From positions 1-50,366 of the IMG/VR virus record IMGVR_UViG_3300045988_165035: a DNA stretch of 50,366 bases. One strand, given 5' to 3'. The translations under genes and the position numbers were made by a program. The DNA is from a virus. The first letter of the stretch is position 1; the number at the start of each line of letters is the position of its first letter. This document shows positions 22,935 to 32,938 of the stretch, in pieces. Below the pieces are notes generated by a model. The model had not been told where the DNA came from. It made no database searches and saw only the letters and a program-made list of their open reading frames with translations.

Positions 22935-23817
22935 TGAGCATTCCTTTGATATGGGTTTGCCACGAACTTCCCCAAGAGTCTCCCTCGTGGGTTAGCTCCA
23001 TGATGCGGTAAACGCCGCTCAGGTCTCCGCCATTCGTCGGCAGGCGGAAATACATATTTCCGGTGTTGTAAGAGGCGTATTTGCTCTCCAACTTCACTAA
23101 ACCGCCCAAACGTAGGGAGGGAGCAAGACAGGACGTCATATCCACAAAAACGCCGACATTCTCGTCGGCCATTTCCGGAACGCCGATCAGTCCGGTTCGG
23201 AAGTTAAGCAGATACGCGTCCCCCTTTCGCGGTGAATCCTTTCGGTCGATGACGATCTTGTCTTGAACGAGACACCACGAAAATTTGAATTCTTCGGCCA
23301 AAGCATCCATGACGGTCTTTACGTCACCGCAAAGCGGGCGCATTCGCGCCAATGGCTGCACGTCGCTGAATTGTTCGTCCTGCTTTGAAATCGGCTTGTT
23401 CCACGCCTCTCCAACGGCTTGAATCAGCGTAAGCACGCCCGTCCCTTTACCAAAGCTTTTATTGATGACAGGCCGCAATTCTTGCCCCTGCGCGTCAAAC
23501 TTCGGCATTTCACCCGAGCGGCAAATCAGCCGTGTGATGATGTTCGGGCCTTCGCGCTCCTTCAAGACGCTCATGATGCAGCCGGTGAAAATGCTGTCGA
23601 TCTGCTCGTCGTACCCCGCTTTGAGCGTGATTTTGCTCCCCATCTTGATCTGCGTTTGGCCTGAAATGTTGTATATCGCCAAATCCAAAAGACCGAGGCA
23701 GTAGGTGTAGGAGTTATTGCAACGGAACGTCACCCGAAAATCACGACCGCGACTTTCGCTGCCGGTACCGTGCTTAATAAACGGCTTTCCGTCGATTTCT
23801 ATCGCAAAACGTCTCAT
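22924..23817 (-). CDS. Baseplate hub / late-control-D-like protein
   Basis: LDLAIYNISGQTQIKMGSKITLKAGYDEQIDSIFTGCI is typical of XkdQ/gpD-like hub proteins. Confidence 0.55.
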   Translation of the reverse strand: MRRFAIEIDGKPFIKHGTGSESRGRDFRVTFRCNNSYTYCLGLLDLAIYNISGQTQIKMGSKITLKAGYDEQIDSIFTGCIMSVLKEREGPNIITRLICRSGEMPKFDAQGQELRPVINKSFGKGTGVLTLIQAVGEAWNKPISKQDEQFSDVQPLARMRPLCGDVKTVMDALAEEFKFSWCLVQDKIVIDRKDSPRKGDAYLLNFRTGLIGVPEMADENVGVFVDMTSCLAPSLRLGGLVKLESKYASYNTGNMYFRLPTNGGDLSGVYRIMELTHEGDSWGSSWQTHIKGMLNGR

Positions 23818-24110
23818 GGTTCTACCCAGATCAGGTGGTTCTCGGCCCCAAGGTTATCCAGCGTCGGAACGGCGCCCGTCATAATCAACTTTCCGAGCCC
23901 CAATTGGTAAGGTTCCAAAAGATCGCACCCGCCTACCAACTTCAGCCCGGCCACCAATGTCTCCCCGTTTTCGGCGAGGTCGCAGTTCCAGTACGGGTCG
24001 TCCACATAGCTCATGAAATCCAACTTAAATGTAATTTCATGGGCGCCGAGCTGCGCATAAAACGACTGGTGCGCGTTCTCCGCTCCACCGCTGAGAGGAA
24101 TTTCTTTCAC
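23814..24110 (-). CDS. Small baseplate/tail-associated protein (98 aa)
   Basis: Called on position in the tail module. No firm motif. Confidence 0.5.
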   Translation of the reverse strand: MKEIPLSGGAENAHQSFYAQLGAHEITFKLDFMSYVDDPYWNCDLAENGETLVAGLKLVGGCDLLEPYQLGLGKLIMTGAVPTLDNLGAENHLIWVEP

Positions 24111-24118
24111 AGCGCCTC

Positions 24119-24826
24119 CTATGCCATAACGGATGCCACCTCGGTTTGGGACGCGGTTGAGGCTTCCTTCAGCGATGCCCGTCCTTTGCTTACTTCTCTT
24201 GCGTTTCCTGCCTTAGACGGGTCGCCATCCCGCAAATATCGATGGTCCGGTTGGCCGTCACTCGTTAGTAGATTCAACGAAATAAATTCAGTCAGATCAA
24301 GATCGAAGACCAGCGCGTTTTCGTTTTCAGGGTTTCTCGTTCGGGTTATCTTTGTGATAACCATGTTCTTTAACGTGATATCCCCTGACACCACATCAAA
24401 CGGCTTTTCCCCTTCAAGAATTTGAATGAACTGTGCTAAGGCAGCCTGAGCGCGGTTTTCTTTCTGCCCGGCCAAAGCGCCGGCGCTGATCCCCGCTGCT
24501 GCGGCCACAATCGGGTTTTCCGTCAGGTTCGACACCAAACCGCCGGCGAAGTCGAAGACGCTCACCTTCAGCGGCGTGTTGGAAACAACGCCGCGGATCT
24601 GATATTTGATCGGTTGAATGATTCGGTGGTCGCTCACACTGGCGCCGGATTCGATCGGATAGGACGGCGTCTCCACCGACATTTCGAGCGATTCTTCCAA
24701 CACCGCGTCCAGCGTGTAATTGGCAATACCGCCCTCGTCACGAGCGAAAATCTTCACCCCTTCTCTGCCGGTGATGTTTGTCGCGCGTGAAGTAATCGTG
24801 TCCCATACCGCCATAAATTTCCTCAC
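24119..24826 (-). CDS. Tail/baseplate protein following the tape measure (235 aa)
   Basis: Called on position. Contains SVETPSYPIESGASVSDHRIIQP. Function not resolved. Confidence 0.55.
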   Translation of the reverse strand: MRKFMAVWDTITSRATNITGREGVKIFARDEGGIANYTLDAVLEESLEMSVETPSYPIESGASVSDHRIIQPIKYQIRGVVSNTPLKVSVFDFAGGLVSNLTENPIVAAAAGISAGALAGQKENRAQAALAQFIQILEGEKPFDVVSGDITLKNMVITKITRTRNPENENALVFDLDLTEFISLNLLTSDGQPDHRYLRDGDPSKAGNAREVSKGRASLKEASTASQTEVASVMA

Positions 24827-26151
24827 ATATCGGCGCCCGTCATTGCGCTGGCCGTTGCGTTATCGAGCAAATCCGCCCAGCATTTTTTCACCCGTCGGTC
24901 GATGGTCTCGCTGCCGATTTTTACCACGATGTTGTTATTGATCTGAGCAACGCCGGGCTTCCCGTTTGCCGTCTTGGGCGCCGATGGAGCAGACGGCGGC
25001 TTATCCGCACCGCTTACGCCTTCCGTGGGCACCGAGGCCGTTACTGCGGCGCCCTCATCCCGCACGGTCGGGTAGTCAGTTTCTGCGGCGCCCTCATCTG
25101 AGTTCCATAACCCCGACCACCATTTTTTGAATGCAGCAGCTGCTTCGCCGGGCTTCATGTTGAGAACTTTTCCTATCTTTTCTCCGAAAAGCTTTTCAGG
25201 GTCAACATCCCACAACGAAACAAGCACTCCTACCCAACCCGCTAAACGGCTGATCGAAGTAACTGCGCCCGCAGTTGCGGTCTTTATCAGACCGAAGCTC
25301 GAGGCAAGTTTTGCCGCACCACCGACGATGCTCGCCGCCGTCAAAGCCGAAAGCCCTGCTGCGATGGAGGTGATGTTCTTGTCGAGATTTCCCGATGCCC
25401 AATCGGCTACCGAATCCAACGCCCCCTGGTTAGCTTTGATCCAGTCGTTTGTCTTGTCGATAAGCTGATTCAGTCCGGAAAGCAGACCCGTGCTGATCTT
25501 GTCGGAATAGCGCCCGACCCGGGTTTCCAACTCGGTCAACCCTGCCTGCCAATCGATTGAAGCCTTTTGCGCCTTCTCAGTAACAGGGCGGATTTCGGCG
25601 AATTCTTTGCGCAGGGCTTCAAGGCGCTCCCTCCCTTTCGTCAAAACATCCAGCATCGCGGGCGAAAGTCCCAATGCTGCAGCGACGTTCGTCTTTTGCC
25701 GCTTATTGAGGACGCTCATTTGTTCCGATAGCCGAAGAAGCATCTCAGTGGCATCTTTGGCTCGGATTAGCGGGTCAATGGAAACACCGGCCTTTGCCAA
25801 ATCCTGAAAGACGCCGATTTTTCCGACGTCCATCCCGGCCTTTGCCTGATTGAATCCAACCAGCAAACCGTTTAATTCTCCGATGTCCGCCCCGAAGTGC
25901 TGCACCACCGTCTGCATCGATGACAGTTTCGTGGCGGAAATTCCGAGGTAATCCCCCAGCTGTCGAGCCTGGTTGACTTGTTTGGCAAAGTCAAACGTCA
26001 GGCCCTTGAAGCTGAAGGCCATTCCAAGCGCGGCGCCCGCCTGCAGCACGGTGGACTTGAAGTTCCCGATCTGCTGCGTTGCGGTCTTCATGCCGTGGTC
26101 GAAGTCCGACGTATCGAAACCAAGGCCGATAACAAAATCCGTAATTTTCAT
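24823..26151 (-). CDS. Tail tape measure protein
   Basis: Helical Ala/Gly/Leu-rich sequence immediately after the G/GT chaperone pair. Start at ATG 26151 (AGGGA upstream, 2 nt after the chaperone stop). Confidence 0.75.
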   Translation of the reverse strand: MKITDFVIGLGFDTSDFDHGMKTATQQIGNFKSTVLQAGAALGMAFSFKGLTFDFAKQVNQARQLGDYLGISATKLSSMQTVVQHFGADIGELNGLLVGFNQAKAGMDVGKIGVFQDLAKAGVSIDPLIRAKDATEMLLRLSEQMSVLNKRQKTNVAAALGLSPAMLDVLTKGRERLEALRKEFAEIRPVTEKAQKASIDWQAGLTELETRVGRYSDKISTGLLSGLNQLIDKTNDWIKANQGALDSVADWASGNLDKNITSIAAGLSALTAASIVGGAAKLASSFGLIKTATAGAVTSISRLAGWVGVLVSLWDVDPEKLFGEKIGKVLNMKPGEAAAAFKKWWSGLWNSDEGAAETDYPTVRDEGAAVTASVPTEGVSGADKPPSAPSAPKTANGKPGVAQINNNIVVKIGSETIDRRVKKCWADLLDNATASAMTGADM

Positions 26152-26153
26152 GC

Positions 26154-26746
26154 TTATCCCTGATTTCTCACCGCCTGCTCGTAACGCGTTCGCATGAGCC
26201 AAATGGTTTGATTGAACCGCTCAACATCGGCGAGCGTGTAAGTCCCGTCCATCAGTTCCGCCCAGCGGCATAACGGCGGACAAATACCTGGCTCGCCAAT
26301 GCACGGCGCCATCAGGTACCAGTTGACGGCTGTGGGCTTTCCTCCGCCTTCTCCGCCGCGGAAAGCGGCTTTAGGTCGGAGGACAACTGCTCGAAAAAAT
26401 CGGCAAGGTTCCACGTCAGAAGTTCGGCAAGCAGCGTATTCCACTGCACCATGTGCCCCTGATAGTCCCGCGCCGATACCCGCACCTCAGAGTTTTGGCC
26501 GCCAACAATCAAAAAGGCGCGTTCGGTGAGAATGTCAACGATTCGTGCCTTTTCTTCGGGCTTGAAAGTCATCAGCCGCAGAGCAATCTGCTTTGTATTG
26601 ACTTCCACGCCGCCTTGCGCGGCAATGGCAAAACTTTGAAAAATCGGCTGGGCAACGAGTGAAAGCAACTCATCCTGCCGCACCGCCGACGCCATAGCGG
26701 CGCAAACCGTATGGGCGCCGATCGTCCACGTTTTCGTCGTACCCAT
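26154..26746 (-). CDS. Tail assembly chaperone GT-like fusion via -1 programmed frameshift
   Basis: The -1 frame is open from the slippery site (26393-26399) to the stop at 26154, which lies 2 nt before the tape-measure ATG. Confidence 0.6.
26312..26746 (-). CDS. Tail assembly chaperone (G-like, 0-frame product)
   Basis: Lies between the tube and tape measure genes and contains the slippery heptamer T_TTT_TTC. Confidence 0.75.
   Translation of the reverse strand: MGTTKTWTIGAHTVCAAMASAVRQDELLSLVAQPIFQSFAIAAQGGVEVNTKQIALRLMTFKPEEKARIVDILTERAFLIVGGQNSEVRVSARDYQGHMVQWNTLLAELLTWNLADFFEQLSSDLKPLSAAEKAEESPQPSTGT
26393..26399 (-). promoter_or_regulatory. -1 ribosomal frameshift slippery heptamer
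   Basis: The minus strand reads GA[T TTT TTC] in the 0 frame (X XXY YYZ). Confidence 0.6.
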
Positions 26747-27168
26747 CAGATTTCACCCCCGCGCAAAGATTTCCAGGTATTGAATTCGATAACAAACACG
26801 TCGTCGGAAATCTGAGTATGACCGACACGGGTCAACCCCTGCTCCTGCGTCAAAATGCCCTCGGTACCAATAGCACCGTCCGTTGCGCCGATCTGCGTTC
26901 GAGTAAGTGTTACCGTTGCGCCGGATTGAAAAAGCCCGTGCAAGAATGCCGAATCCGCCGAACCAGGACGCAGATTGAGCGTCGCTCGGCGCCCAGGGTT
27001 ACTGCGTTCGAGCACCACGGCGTTTCCACCAAGACCGCGCAAGAGGTTCCGCTTATTATCAATCGGTTCATCGGAATATGCCGGGTCGGCCATGCCCCAG
27101 TCGGCAATAGATCGTCCGTTAACGGTAACCACCGTGTTTTCGATGGTAAAAGCTTTTGTTAATGCCAT
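26746..27168 (-). CDS. Tail tube protein (DUF3277-like)
   Basis: 140 aa, directly downstream of the sheath gene and beta-rich. Confidence 0.65.
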   Translation of the reverse strand: MALTKAFTIENTVVTVNGRSIADWGMADPAYSDEPIDNKRNLLRGLGGNAVVLERSNPGRRATLNLRPGSADSAFLHGLFQSGATVTLTRTQIGATDGAIGTEGILTQEQGLTRVGHTQISDDVFVIEFNTWKSLRGGEI

Positions 27169-27178
27169 TTATTCCACC

Positions 27179-28348
27179 TTAGTAAACATCCACGGTAATG
27201 TCTACCGCATGAATCGCCCCAGCGCGGAAGATGCGCACATTGACAGGCGCGCACTTACGGGCGTTTCGATCTGAATCGGAAAGTTTCAGAATATCCTCGG
27301 GCTTGCTGAGGATTTCGTAACCGTTCGTCGTCTTTTCCTGAGCATCATCGGGATCCGTGTATGTGCGTTCCCCGAGGAAGCCGTTTGCAATGTACTGTTC
27401 GCCCACGGCCTTAGCGGCGGCTAAAACCATAGCCTGCCCTCGCGGCGTCTGCGGCAACTTGGACGGCTGTTTGGCTACCATGTTGTAGCACCCCACGGCC
27501 AGCGCATTGGTGAATGCGTCCAAATTCACGACGTCGTCGATCCATTCGCCGTAGGCAGAGTGCGTCTTCGAATTCTTCCAGCGCCCGTTATCGTTGGATC
27601 CCTGAAGGTCGATGACGGTATAGAAACAGGCGTTCTTAGTGCCCTTCTCCATTGCCGTGTATTCGCTGTTCTTCAACGTTTCTGCGGCCAAACCTGGCGA
27701 TTTCTTGTAATCGCCAGTAATGGTGGAATCCGTTGCGGAGTAATTCACCTTGGCGAAGTGCTTCGCCAAATAGATACCGCTGTACGCGTCTAACTCATGC
27801 ACCGCGGTAAAGCAATGGCGGTACCCGAGCGTCGTCAACGCCGAAGCAATATCTGTGTCGATCGTCTCGTCGCGGATGTTGGTCGCCGATTCGCCGGTCT
27901 GGCAGTTGACAAACATAGAGGAATGAGACTCGCACCATGCCGCAATCTGCTTAACGTCCGTCGCGGATTCATAGGTCGGCTTAGTAGCAAACGTCCAGTA
28001 CCACCACGTCTGATTTCGCGCCTTATCAAGCGTGATGGCCCACGATGAATCCGAAGGATTTCGCACATAAACCATCAGCTGGTCGATATGCGGGGTGCCG
28101 CCCAACCATGCGGACGCCGCTTCATAGGCTTCAGGATAGTTGCCGCCTTCATCAACACGCAAGACTTCAGCAAGTTCGGTCGTGTCGCCGAACGTCCGGT
28201 AGGTATCTACCGGAAAAGTCTTCTGCGCTTCATCCGACAAATCCGACTGCGGAATAAAAAGCATGGCCGAGCTGAAATCTGCCGTGCTCAATCCCGCGCT
28301 CGAGATGCGGACATTGATATCAATAATTTTTGTCGCCGGATAGGCCAT
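27179..28348 (-). CDS. Tail sheath protein (DUF3383-like)
   Basis: 389 aa, upstream of the tube in a module with baseplate J, gp25 and spike. N-terminus IIDINVRISSAGLSTADFSSAMLF. Confidence 0.65.
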   Translation of the reverse strand: MAYPATKIIDINVRISSAGLSTADFSSAMLFIPQSDLSDEAQKTFPVDTYRTFGDTTELAEVLRVDEGGNYPEAYEAASAWLGGTPHIDQLMVYVRNPSDSSWAITLDKARNQTWWYWTFATKPTYESATDVKQIAAWCESHSSMFVNCQTGESATNIRDETIDTDIASALTTLGYRHCFTAVHELDAYSGIYLAKHFAKVNYSATDSTITGDYKKSPGLAAETLKNSEYTAMEKGTKNACFYTVIDLQGSNDNGRWKNSKTHSAYGEWIDDVVNLDAFTNALAVGCYNMVAKQPSKLPQTPRGQAMVLAAAKAVGEQYIANGFLGERTYTDPDDAQEKTTNGYEILSKPEDILKLSDSDRNARKCAPVNVRIFRAGAIHAVDITVDVY

Positions 28349-28350
28349 GT

Positions 28351-28878
28351 TTAACTCCTAGTCTCGGAAAGGATTCGTCCTTCCGTGTCTTCGACCGTAA
28401 TTCCGTTAAGCTGTTCGATGGTGTTCGCTTCATCGGTAACGCGCTGCGTCCCGACGATCCGAAAAGTGATGGCCGCCCGCTGTTCGTAGGCGCTTGATTG
28501 TTCCGCTGTCAGGTTTTGCACCGGATCGCTGTCGCACCACCCACACCCTGCGGAAAAAAGCAGGTAATGGATCGACGGGAGACGAGCGCAGTAAACAAGG
28601 CGCCCCGCAGTTGCCACCGCCCCCGGACACCGCCAAAAATTGACCGTTACCGTGTAAATCACGGGGGTAACGAGCGTCGTACGAATCCGCTGTTCGTCCT
28701 TCAGGTATTCCCGTTCGATATGCCCCGGCGCGGTTTCCTGTATGGAATTAACTACCACCGTGGCATACGGACCGCCTGGCGCTATCGCCGTTTGGTACCC
28801 AAACAAAACAGTCTTAACGCCGGTCGCTTTCGTCACCAACGGTCCCAGAACCGCCGAAAAAAGCTCCCGTTCATTCAT
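28351..28878 (-). CDS. Neck/tail terminator-like protein
   Basis: ATGA overlap start (MNERELF). Lies between the head-completion genes and the sheath. Confidence 0.5.
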   Translation of the reverse strand: MNERELFSAVLGPLVTKATGVKTVLFGYQTAIAPGGPYATVVVNSIQETAPGHIEREYLKDEQRIRTTLVTPVIYTVTVNFWRCPGAVATAGRLVYCARLPSIHYLLFSAGCGWCDSDPVQNLTAEQSSAYEQRAAITFRIVGTQRVTDEANTIEQLNGITVEDTEGRILSETRS

Positions 28879-29264
28879 TCGTTGTCTCGCTTTGCTACCG
28901 TCACGCGGCAATAGGCACTGCGGGCGCGGTAATCCACCTCAATGACACGCCACCGGGCGCCGAGAAATTCAAAACGGCCTTCCAAGTTCTGAATGGCCGC
29001 CATATTTCCCGTATTGATGTAGATCTTCCGAAAATCCCGAATACGGTCGAGGCCTACGCCAAGCGCCTGTATTTCCTTCGGGCGCAACGGCTGCACCGTC
29101 GTTTCCGAAAAGGTAATCGGCGCCCCGTCCGTCACTACGGCGAACCCTTTCTCGAATGTCGTCGTCTCCGGGATGAAGACGACGCTCAACTGAGAATCAA
29201 AGCCGCCGGAAAGCAGGCCCGTCATAGAAAGCGGGTTGTTGCTCATTTCTTCGTCCTTTGCCAC
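28875..29264 (-). CDS. Head-tail joining protein (129 aa)
   Basis: Called on position in the connector module. No firm motif. Confidence 0.5.
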   Translation of the reverse strand: MAKDEEMSNNPLSMTGLLSGGFDSQLSVVFIPETTTFEKGFAVVTDGAPITFSETTVQPLRPKEIQALGVGLDRIRDFRKIYINTGNMAAIQNLEGRFEFLGARWRVIEVDYRARSAYCRVTVAKRDNE

Positions 29265-29746
29265 GTGATTGATTGACGCATCTGGCCGGTATCAATCAGC
29301 GGATGGCTCGACCCCTTTCGGGCAATTGTTCGAGGAGAATTCGGCGGCGGAATGAAGACGTCGGCGATGTATTGCTGCACCTTCCCCGCTGCTATAGCGC
29401 CCATAGCATCAACAGCCTGAGATACCGAGCCGCCCTTTGCGAGCACCTCTTTCGCGGCACCCGCTACCACGGCTTTGTTTTTCACAATGGCAACATCGAG
29501 AAACGGTCGCGCCGGAACCTTTTCGGTTCCGAAGTGGTTCCACGCGGCCACCTCAGCGTTTGACGGCACAACATCCGACGCTTTCTTCCCGTGAACCTTG
29601 GCGTCTTCCTTGCGTTGGCGGACATCTTTCACATTGGCGTGAATCCCCACGGTGCACCAACTGCCCCGTGCGAACTTTCGCGCCTGCTTCACCATTTCCG
29701 CCATCTGAAGTTGGACGTTTGCCATCTTCATCGTCATGCCGGCCAT
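29243..29746 (-). CDS. HK97 gp10-like head-tail component
   Basis: PRTIARKGSSHPLIDTGQMRQSI resembles the gp10 family motif (PL.dTG.lr.Si). The start overlaps the upstream stop (TGATG). Confidence 0.55.
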   Translation of the reverse strand: MAGMTMKMANVQLQMAEMVKQARKFARGSWCTVGIHANVKDVRQRKEDAKVHGKKASDVVPSNAEVAAWNHFGTEKVPARPFLDVAIVKNKAVVAGAAKEVLAKGGSVSQAVDAMGAIAAGKVQQYIADVFIPPPNSPRTIARKGSSHPLIDTGQMRQSITWQRTKK

Positions 29747-30165
29747 CACGCCACCCGCGGTACCGACGAGCAACGACGGCGCAGTGTCATGAATTGCACG
29801 CCGTAGACCGTCGTTGAAATAGCGTCATCAATCGTCGACTCCATTGCCGTAATACGGTAAGAAACGGCCTCGTCACCTACCGACTTGCTGGCAATGTTCA
29901 AACGCGCGGATGCCTCGACATTCGTCGGGTCGTTGGCGCTGTTTCCGAAGAAATACGCCAACAAGTGCGCCGTGTAAAAGTACATCCCGCGCTTTTTCAG
30001 ATTGTGGTCGTCGTCAAGGCGGAACGTACCCCAGCACCGTCCGCCGGTGATACAGTCGGCTTCAATCATTTGCTGCCGAATAATCTCGGACGGCCAATTG
30101 TTACGGTCGGAAAACGGAGGGAAGAAGCGACGGAAGTCGCAGATGATGTCTTCAGAAATTTCCAT
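29746..30165 (-). CDS. DUF4054-like head-tail connector protein
   Basis: Start MEISEDIICDFRRFFPPFSD...TAHLLAYF matches the DUF4054 pattern (Fr..FPeF...AH.l). The upstream 17 codons are a terminator hairpin. Confidence 0.6.
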   Translation of the reverse strand: MEISEDIICDFRRFFPPFSDRNNWPSEIIRQQMIEADCITGGRCWGTFRLDDDHNLKKRGMYFYTAHLLAYFFGNSANDPTNVEASARLNIASKSVGDEAVSYRITAMESTIDDAISTTVYGVQFMTLRRRCSSVPRVA

Positions 30166-30178
30166 TTCTTTCGCCCAT

Positions 30179-30203
30179 AAAAAAAGGCGCCATCGGCGCC
30201 CCC
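30179..30203 (-). terminator. Intrinsic terminator/attenuator directly after the major capsid gene
   Basis: The minus strand reads GGCGCC-GAT-GGCGCC followed by TTTTTTT. Confidence 0.6.
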
Positions 30204-30236
30204 ACACAACAAACAACTTCCGTCACAACTCTTTCG

Positions 30237-31271
30237 CTACTTTTCTTCGATGTACACCATCGCGTTCGGGTAGCGAACTTCCGTACCGCTGCACTTGAAT
30301 TCCATCGGCGTGATGATCTTCAAGCCCTGAGCCTGCGGTGCGAGGAATCGCGGCGCAATCGGCATATAGGCGCTCATGTTGAGCGGGTTGCGGTCATAAA
30401 TCACCATGCGGCTCTTGCCGGTGGTGCTTACCTTGTTGGCCTTCAGTTCGGAACCGCTCAACTGAGCAAGCGGACGAACATCCACCGTGCCGCCGCCCGC
30501 CGTCAGCCCCTTAACCACGTTGTGTTCCTTGAAGTAGTCAAGCAACGTAGTTTCGTTGTACTGACTCAAGCGGGTCTTGGCGAGTTTGGTGTAGCGGGCG
30601 CTGTCAATGAGGAGCGTGTTCGGAACATAGGTCTGCATCGAATCGATCCAAACCTTTTCGAGTCCCTTGTTAAGGTCTTCAATGATGTCATCCGCCGTCG
30701 TTTCCGCCGCATTCCAATCCAGCTGAGACTTTTCGGTGCGCACGTTCGGATTGTTGAAAAGCCCGTACATTCCTCGGGACTTATCGCCGTAAAGGACGAC
30801 GTGCTGCATCATTTCGTCCGCCGCACGGGCGCAAAGCTGCGCCTGCTGCGCGTTCAAATCCTGACCCACCATAGAGCAGGCGCGGAGTTCGTTCAGCGTG
30901 TATTCCATCGCCACGCCGGCATAGCCGAGCGGAACGGAATGGAGCTGGCGAAGAATGCCCACGGACGGCAAGTCGTTACTTCCGCTGCCGATCCAGTCAG
31001 CCTTTGCCATACCGTCAAAGCTGAAGTAATTCACCGTGAGGGCGGCTTCATTGACCGTCGTGTCAATCGGCACCAACTCCTTGTAGACGATCTTGGCGTA
31101 CGGAACTTCGTAAGCCTTCGCCTCCAACGACGCCAACTGCGAAAGCATGAAGGCGATGCCCGAATCAGCGTCGCGCATACGCAAATCAAACTTGCGCACC
31201 CCCGCGACAAGACCGAAGCGTTCAGCCATCGCGTCGGTAATCGTTAAAGAATCTTTGAAATTAAACTTCAT
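30237..31271 (-). CDS. Major capsid protein (DUF2184 / HK97-fold family)
   Basis: 344 aa, following the DUF2213 and cement-protein genes. Contains LEAKAYEVPYAKIVYKELVPID...YFSFDGMAKADWIG. Confidence 0.8.
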   Translation of the reverse strand: MKFNFKDSLTITDAMAERFGLVAGVRKFDLRMRDADSGIAFMLSQLASLEAKAYEVPYAKIVYKELVPIDTTVNEAALTVNYFSFDGMAKADWIGSGSNDLPSVGILRQLHSVPLGYAGVAMEYTLNELRACSMVGQDLNAQQAQLCARAADEMMQHVVLYGDKSRGMYGLFNNPNVRTEKSQLDWNAAETTADDIIEDLNKGLEKVWIDSMQTYVPNTLLIDSARYTKLAKTRLSQYNETTLLDYFKEHNVVKGLTAGGGTVDVRPLAQLSGSELKANKVSTTGKSRMVIYDRNPLNMSAYMPIAPRFLAPQAQGLKIITPMEFKCSGTEVRYPNAMVYIEEK

Positions 31272-31274
31272 TTA

Positions 31275-31757
31275 TCAACCCCCAATCTTGAGAGAAATCA
31301 CCGACAGGCCGTCCTTAGCGGCGTCCTTGCGCCACACAGCGCCGTCAACCTTCACAGCTGCCGTTGTTTCGCTTCCCGCAGACTTAACAAACTTGCCGAG
31401 AACATCGGTACCATTACCGACATAGACAGGATCCCCAGCTTGAACTTCTTCACCCGCAACGACATAGATTTCGCCCAACGTAAGGACAGTGCCCGTGCGA
31501 GTCGGCGGCAGGCCGAATTCAGCGCCGGGCGCCGTGTCGAACGAGTAGTCACGGATGAGAATCCCGAGAATTTCGGTATCGGATGCGCCGAACGGCTTGC
31601 AGCCGCGGGCGCCGTCGCGGACAACAGGCGTGCCGTAAGGAATGACGGCGTCGGTCTTGTTCTGCGCCGTAATGCGATTGGAAATCGCCAACGGCGACGC
31701 AATCTGCCCGGCGTACCCTTCCTCGTGATAGAGGCGTACGTTCTGAGTAATAGCCAT
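31275..31757 (-). CDS. Capsid cement/decoration-like protein (DUF2190-like)
   Basis: 160 aa, between the scaffold/protease and the major capsid gene. Confidence 0.55.
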   Translation of the reverse strand: MAITQNVRLYHEEGYAGQIASPLAISNRITAQNKTDAVIPYGTPVVRDGARGCKPFGASDTEILGILIRDYSFDTAPGAEFGLPPTRTGTVLTLGEIYVVAGEEVQAGDPVYVGNGTDVLGKFVKSAGSETTAAVKVDGAVWRKDAAKDGLSVISLKIGG

Positions 31758-31771
31758 TTAAAGCTCCTTGA

Positions 31772-32938
31772 TTACTTTTTGAGATTGAGACCCGTCTTCC
31801 ACGCGTCCCCGATCTTTTTGCGGTTCTCTTCGGCGGCGTCTTCGTCCTTGTCCTTGTCTTCGTCCTTGTCGGCGTCATTGACTTTGTTCGCAACGGCGTC
31901 GGCCACCTTCGTCTTGGAAGACTTGGCTGCGCTCTTGTCTGCGTCAGCCACCATGCAGTCGAAATAGGCCTTTACGTAGTCTTCGGACTTGTCAGCAAGA
32001 TCGATCGTTGCGCCGGACGCCTTAATGGCTTCGCGCATGATTTCGTCGGAAAGAAGCGAATCACAGACGAACTTTTCGCCGCCGATCGTCTTCGCCTTTT
32101 CGCGAAGTTCCATCGCGTCTTTAAACAACTGATGGATCTGGGCGTCAGACGGAATCTTTTCCTTCGTATCTTTCAACTGCTTCTGCAAATCGGCGATCTT
32201 CGCGTCCTTTTCCGCCGAAGCCTTGTCGAGCACCGCCACCTTGCTTTCTGCGTCTTTCACCTTTGCGGTCATTGAGGCGATTTCGTTTTTGACCGCATTT
32301 GCCAATGCCTCATCGTTGAGAGCGATCGTGACCGCCCCAATGTTCACGTCCATGAGTTTTCCTCCGTTTGGATCGTTGTCAGCAATTCGAGCACCGCCTG
32401 CGCGGCCCCGTCCCACAATCGCCACGTGGTTGAGCTTGATGCTCTTCACAATGGCGTCGTATTTCGTTCCGTCCGGTGCTACGCCGGGTTTGAAATCCAA
32501 GTCGGCGTCATAGCCGGCAGAGATTTCGACCTTGCCCGCTTCCACGGCTTTGATCGTCGCGGCATCCTTGATAAGCAGGTCACACATGACGTACTCGGGC
32601 GCCGATGGATCCCGTGTTCCCTTGCTGATGACCGTTCCCTTCGAAAGGCGCGAGAAGTTCTCGGCGCCCACGTTTTCTTTTGGGTGATCGTTGGTAATGT
32701 CAGCGTTGAGGTAGTCAGCCAAAGCACTGTCGGCAAACACCACCTCCGGCGGGCGGTAAATATTGAAAAGCTTGAAAGCCTTGTCACCTTTCAGCCCCAG
32801 CTCCAGTCCGTAGTAGCGTTGGATGCCGCTACGGGCGACGCGGGCGTGACATTTGAGGTAGCCCTTGTCGTCGTAGGTGCGGGTGGAGTGAACGGCATAG
32901 GAGCCGCGGTCAAGCATTCCGCAATCAAATAAATTCAT
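31772..32938 (-). CDS. Prohead protease/scaffolding protein (DUF2213-like)
   Basis: YDDKGYLKCHARVARSGIQRYYG...NIYRPPEVVF...ITNDHP...ISAGYDADL...KLNHVAIVGRGRAG matches DUF2213. Helical acidic C-tail (DKDEDKDKDED). Confidence 0.75.
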   Translation of the reverse strand: MNLFDCGMLDRGSYAVHSTRTYDDKGYLKCHARVARSGIQRYYGLELGLKGDKAFKLFNIYRPPEVVFADSALADYLNADITNDHPKENVGAENFSRLSKGTVISKGTRDPSAPEYVMCDLLIKDAATIKAVEAGKVEISAGYDADLDFKPGVAPDGTKYDAIVKSIKLNHVAIVGRGRAGGARIADNDPNGGKLMDVNIGAVTIALNDEALANAVKNEIASMTAKVKDAESKVAVLDKASAEKDAKIADLQKQLKDTKEKIPSDAQIHQLFKDAMELREKAKTIGGEKFVCDSLLSDEIMREAIKASGATIDLADKSEDYVKAYFDCMVADADKSAAKSSKTKVADAVANKVNDADKDEDKDKDEDAAEENRKKIGDAWKTGLNLKK

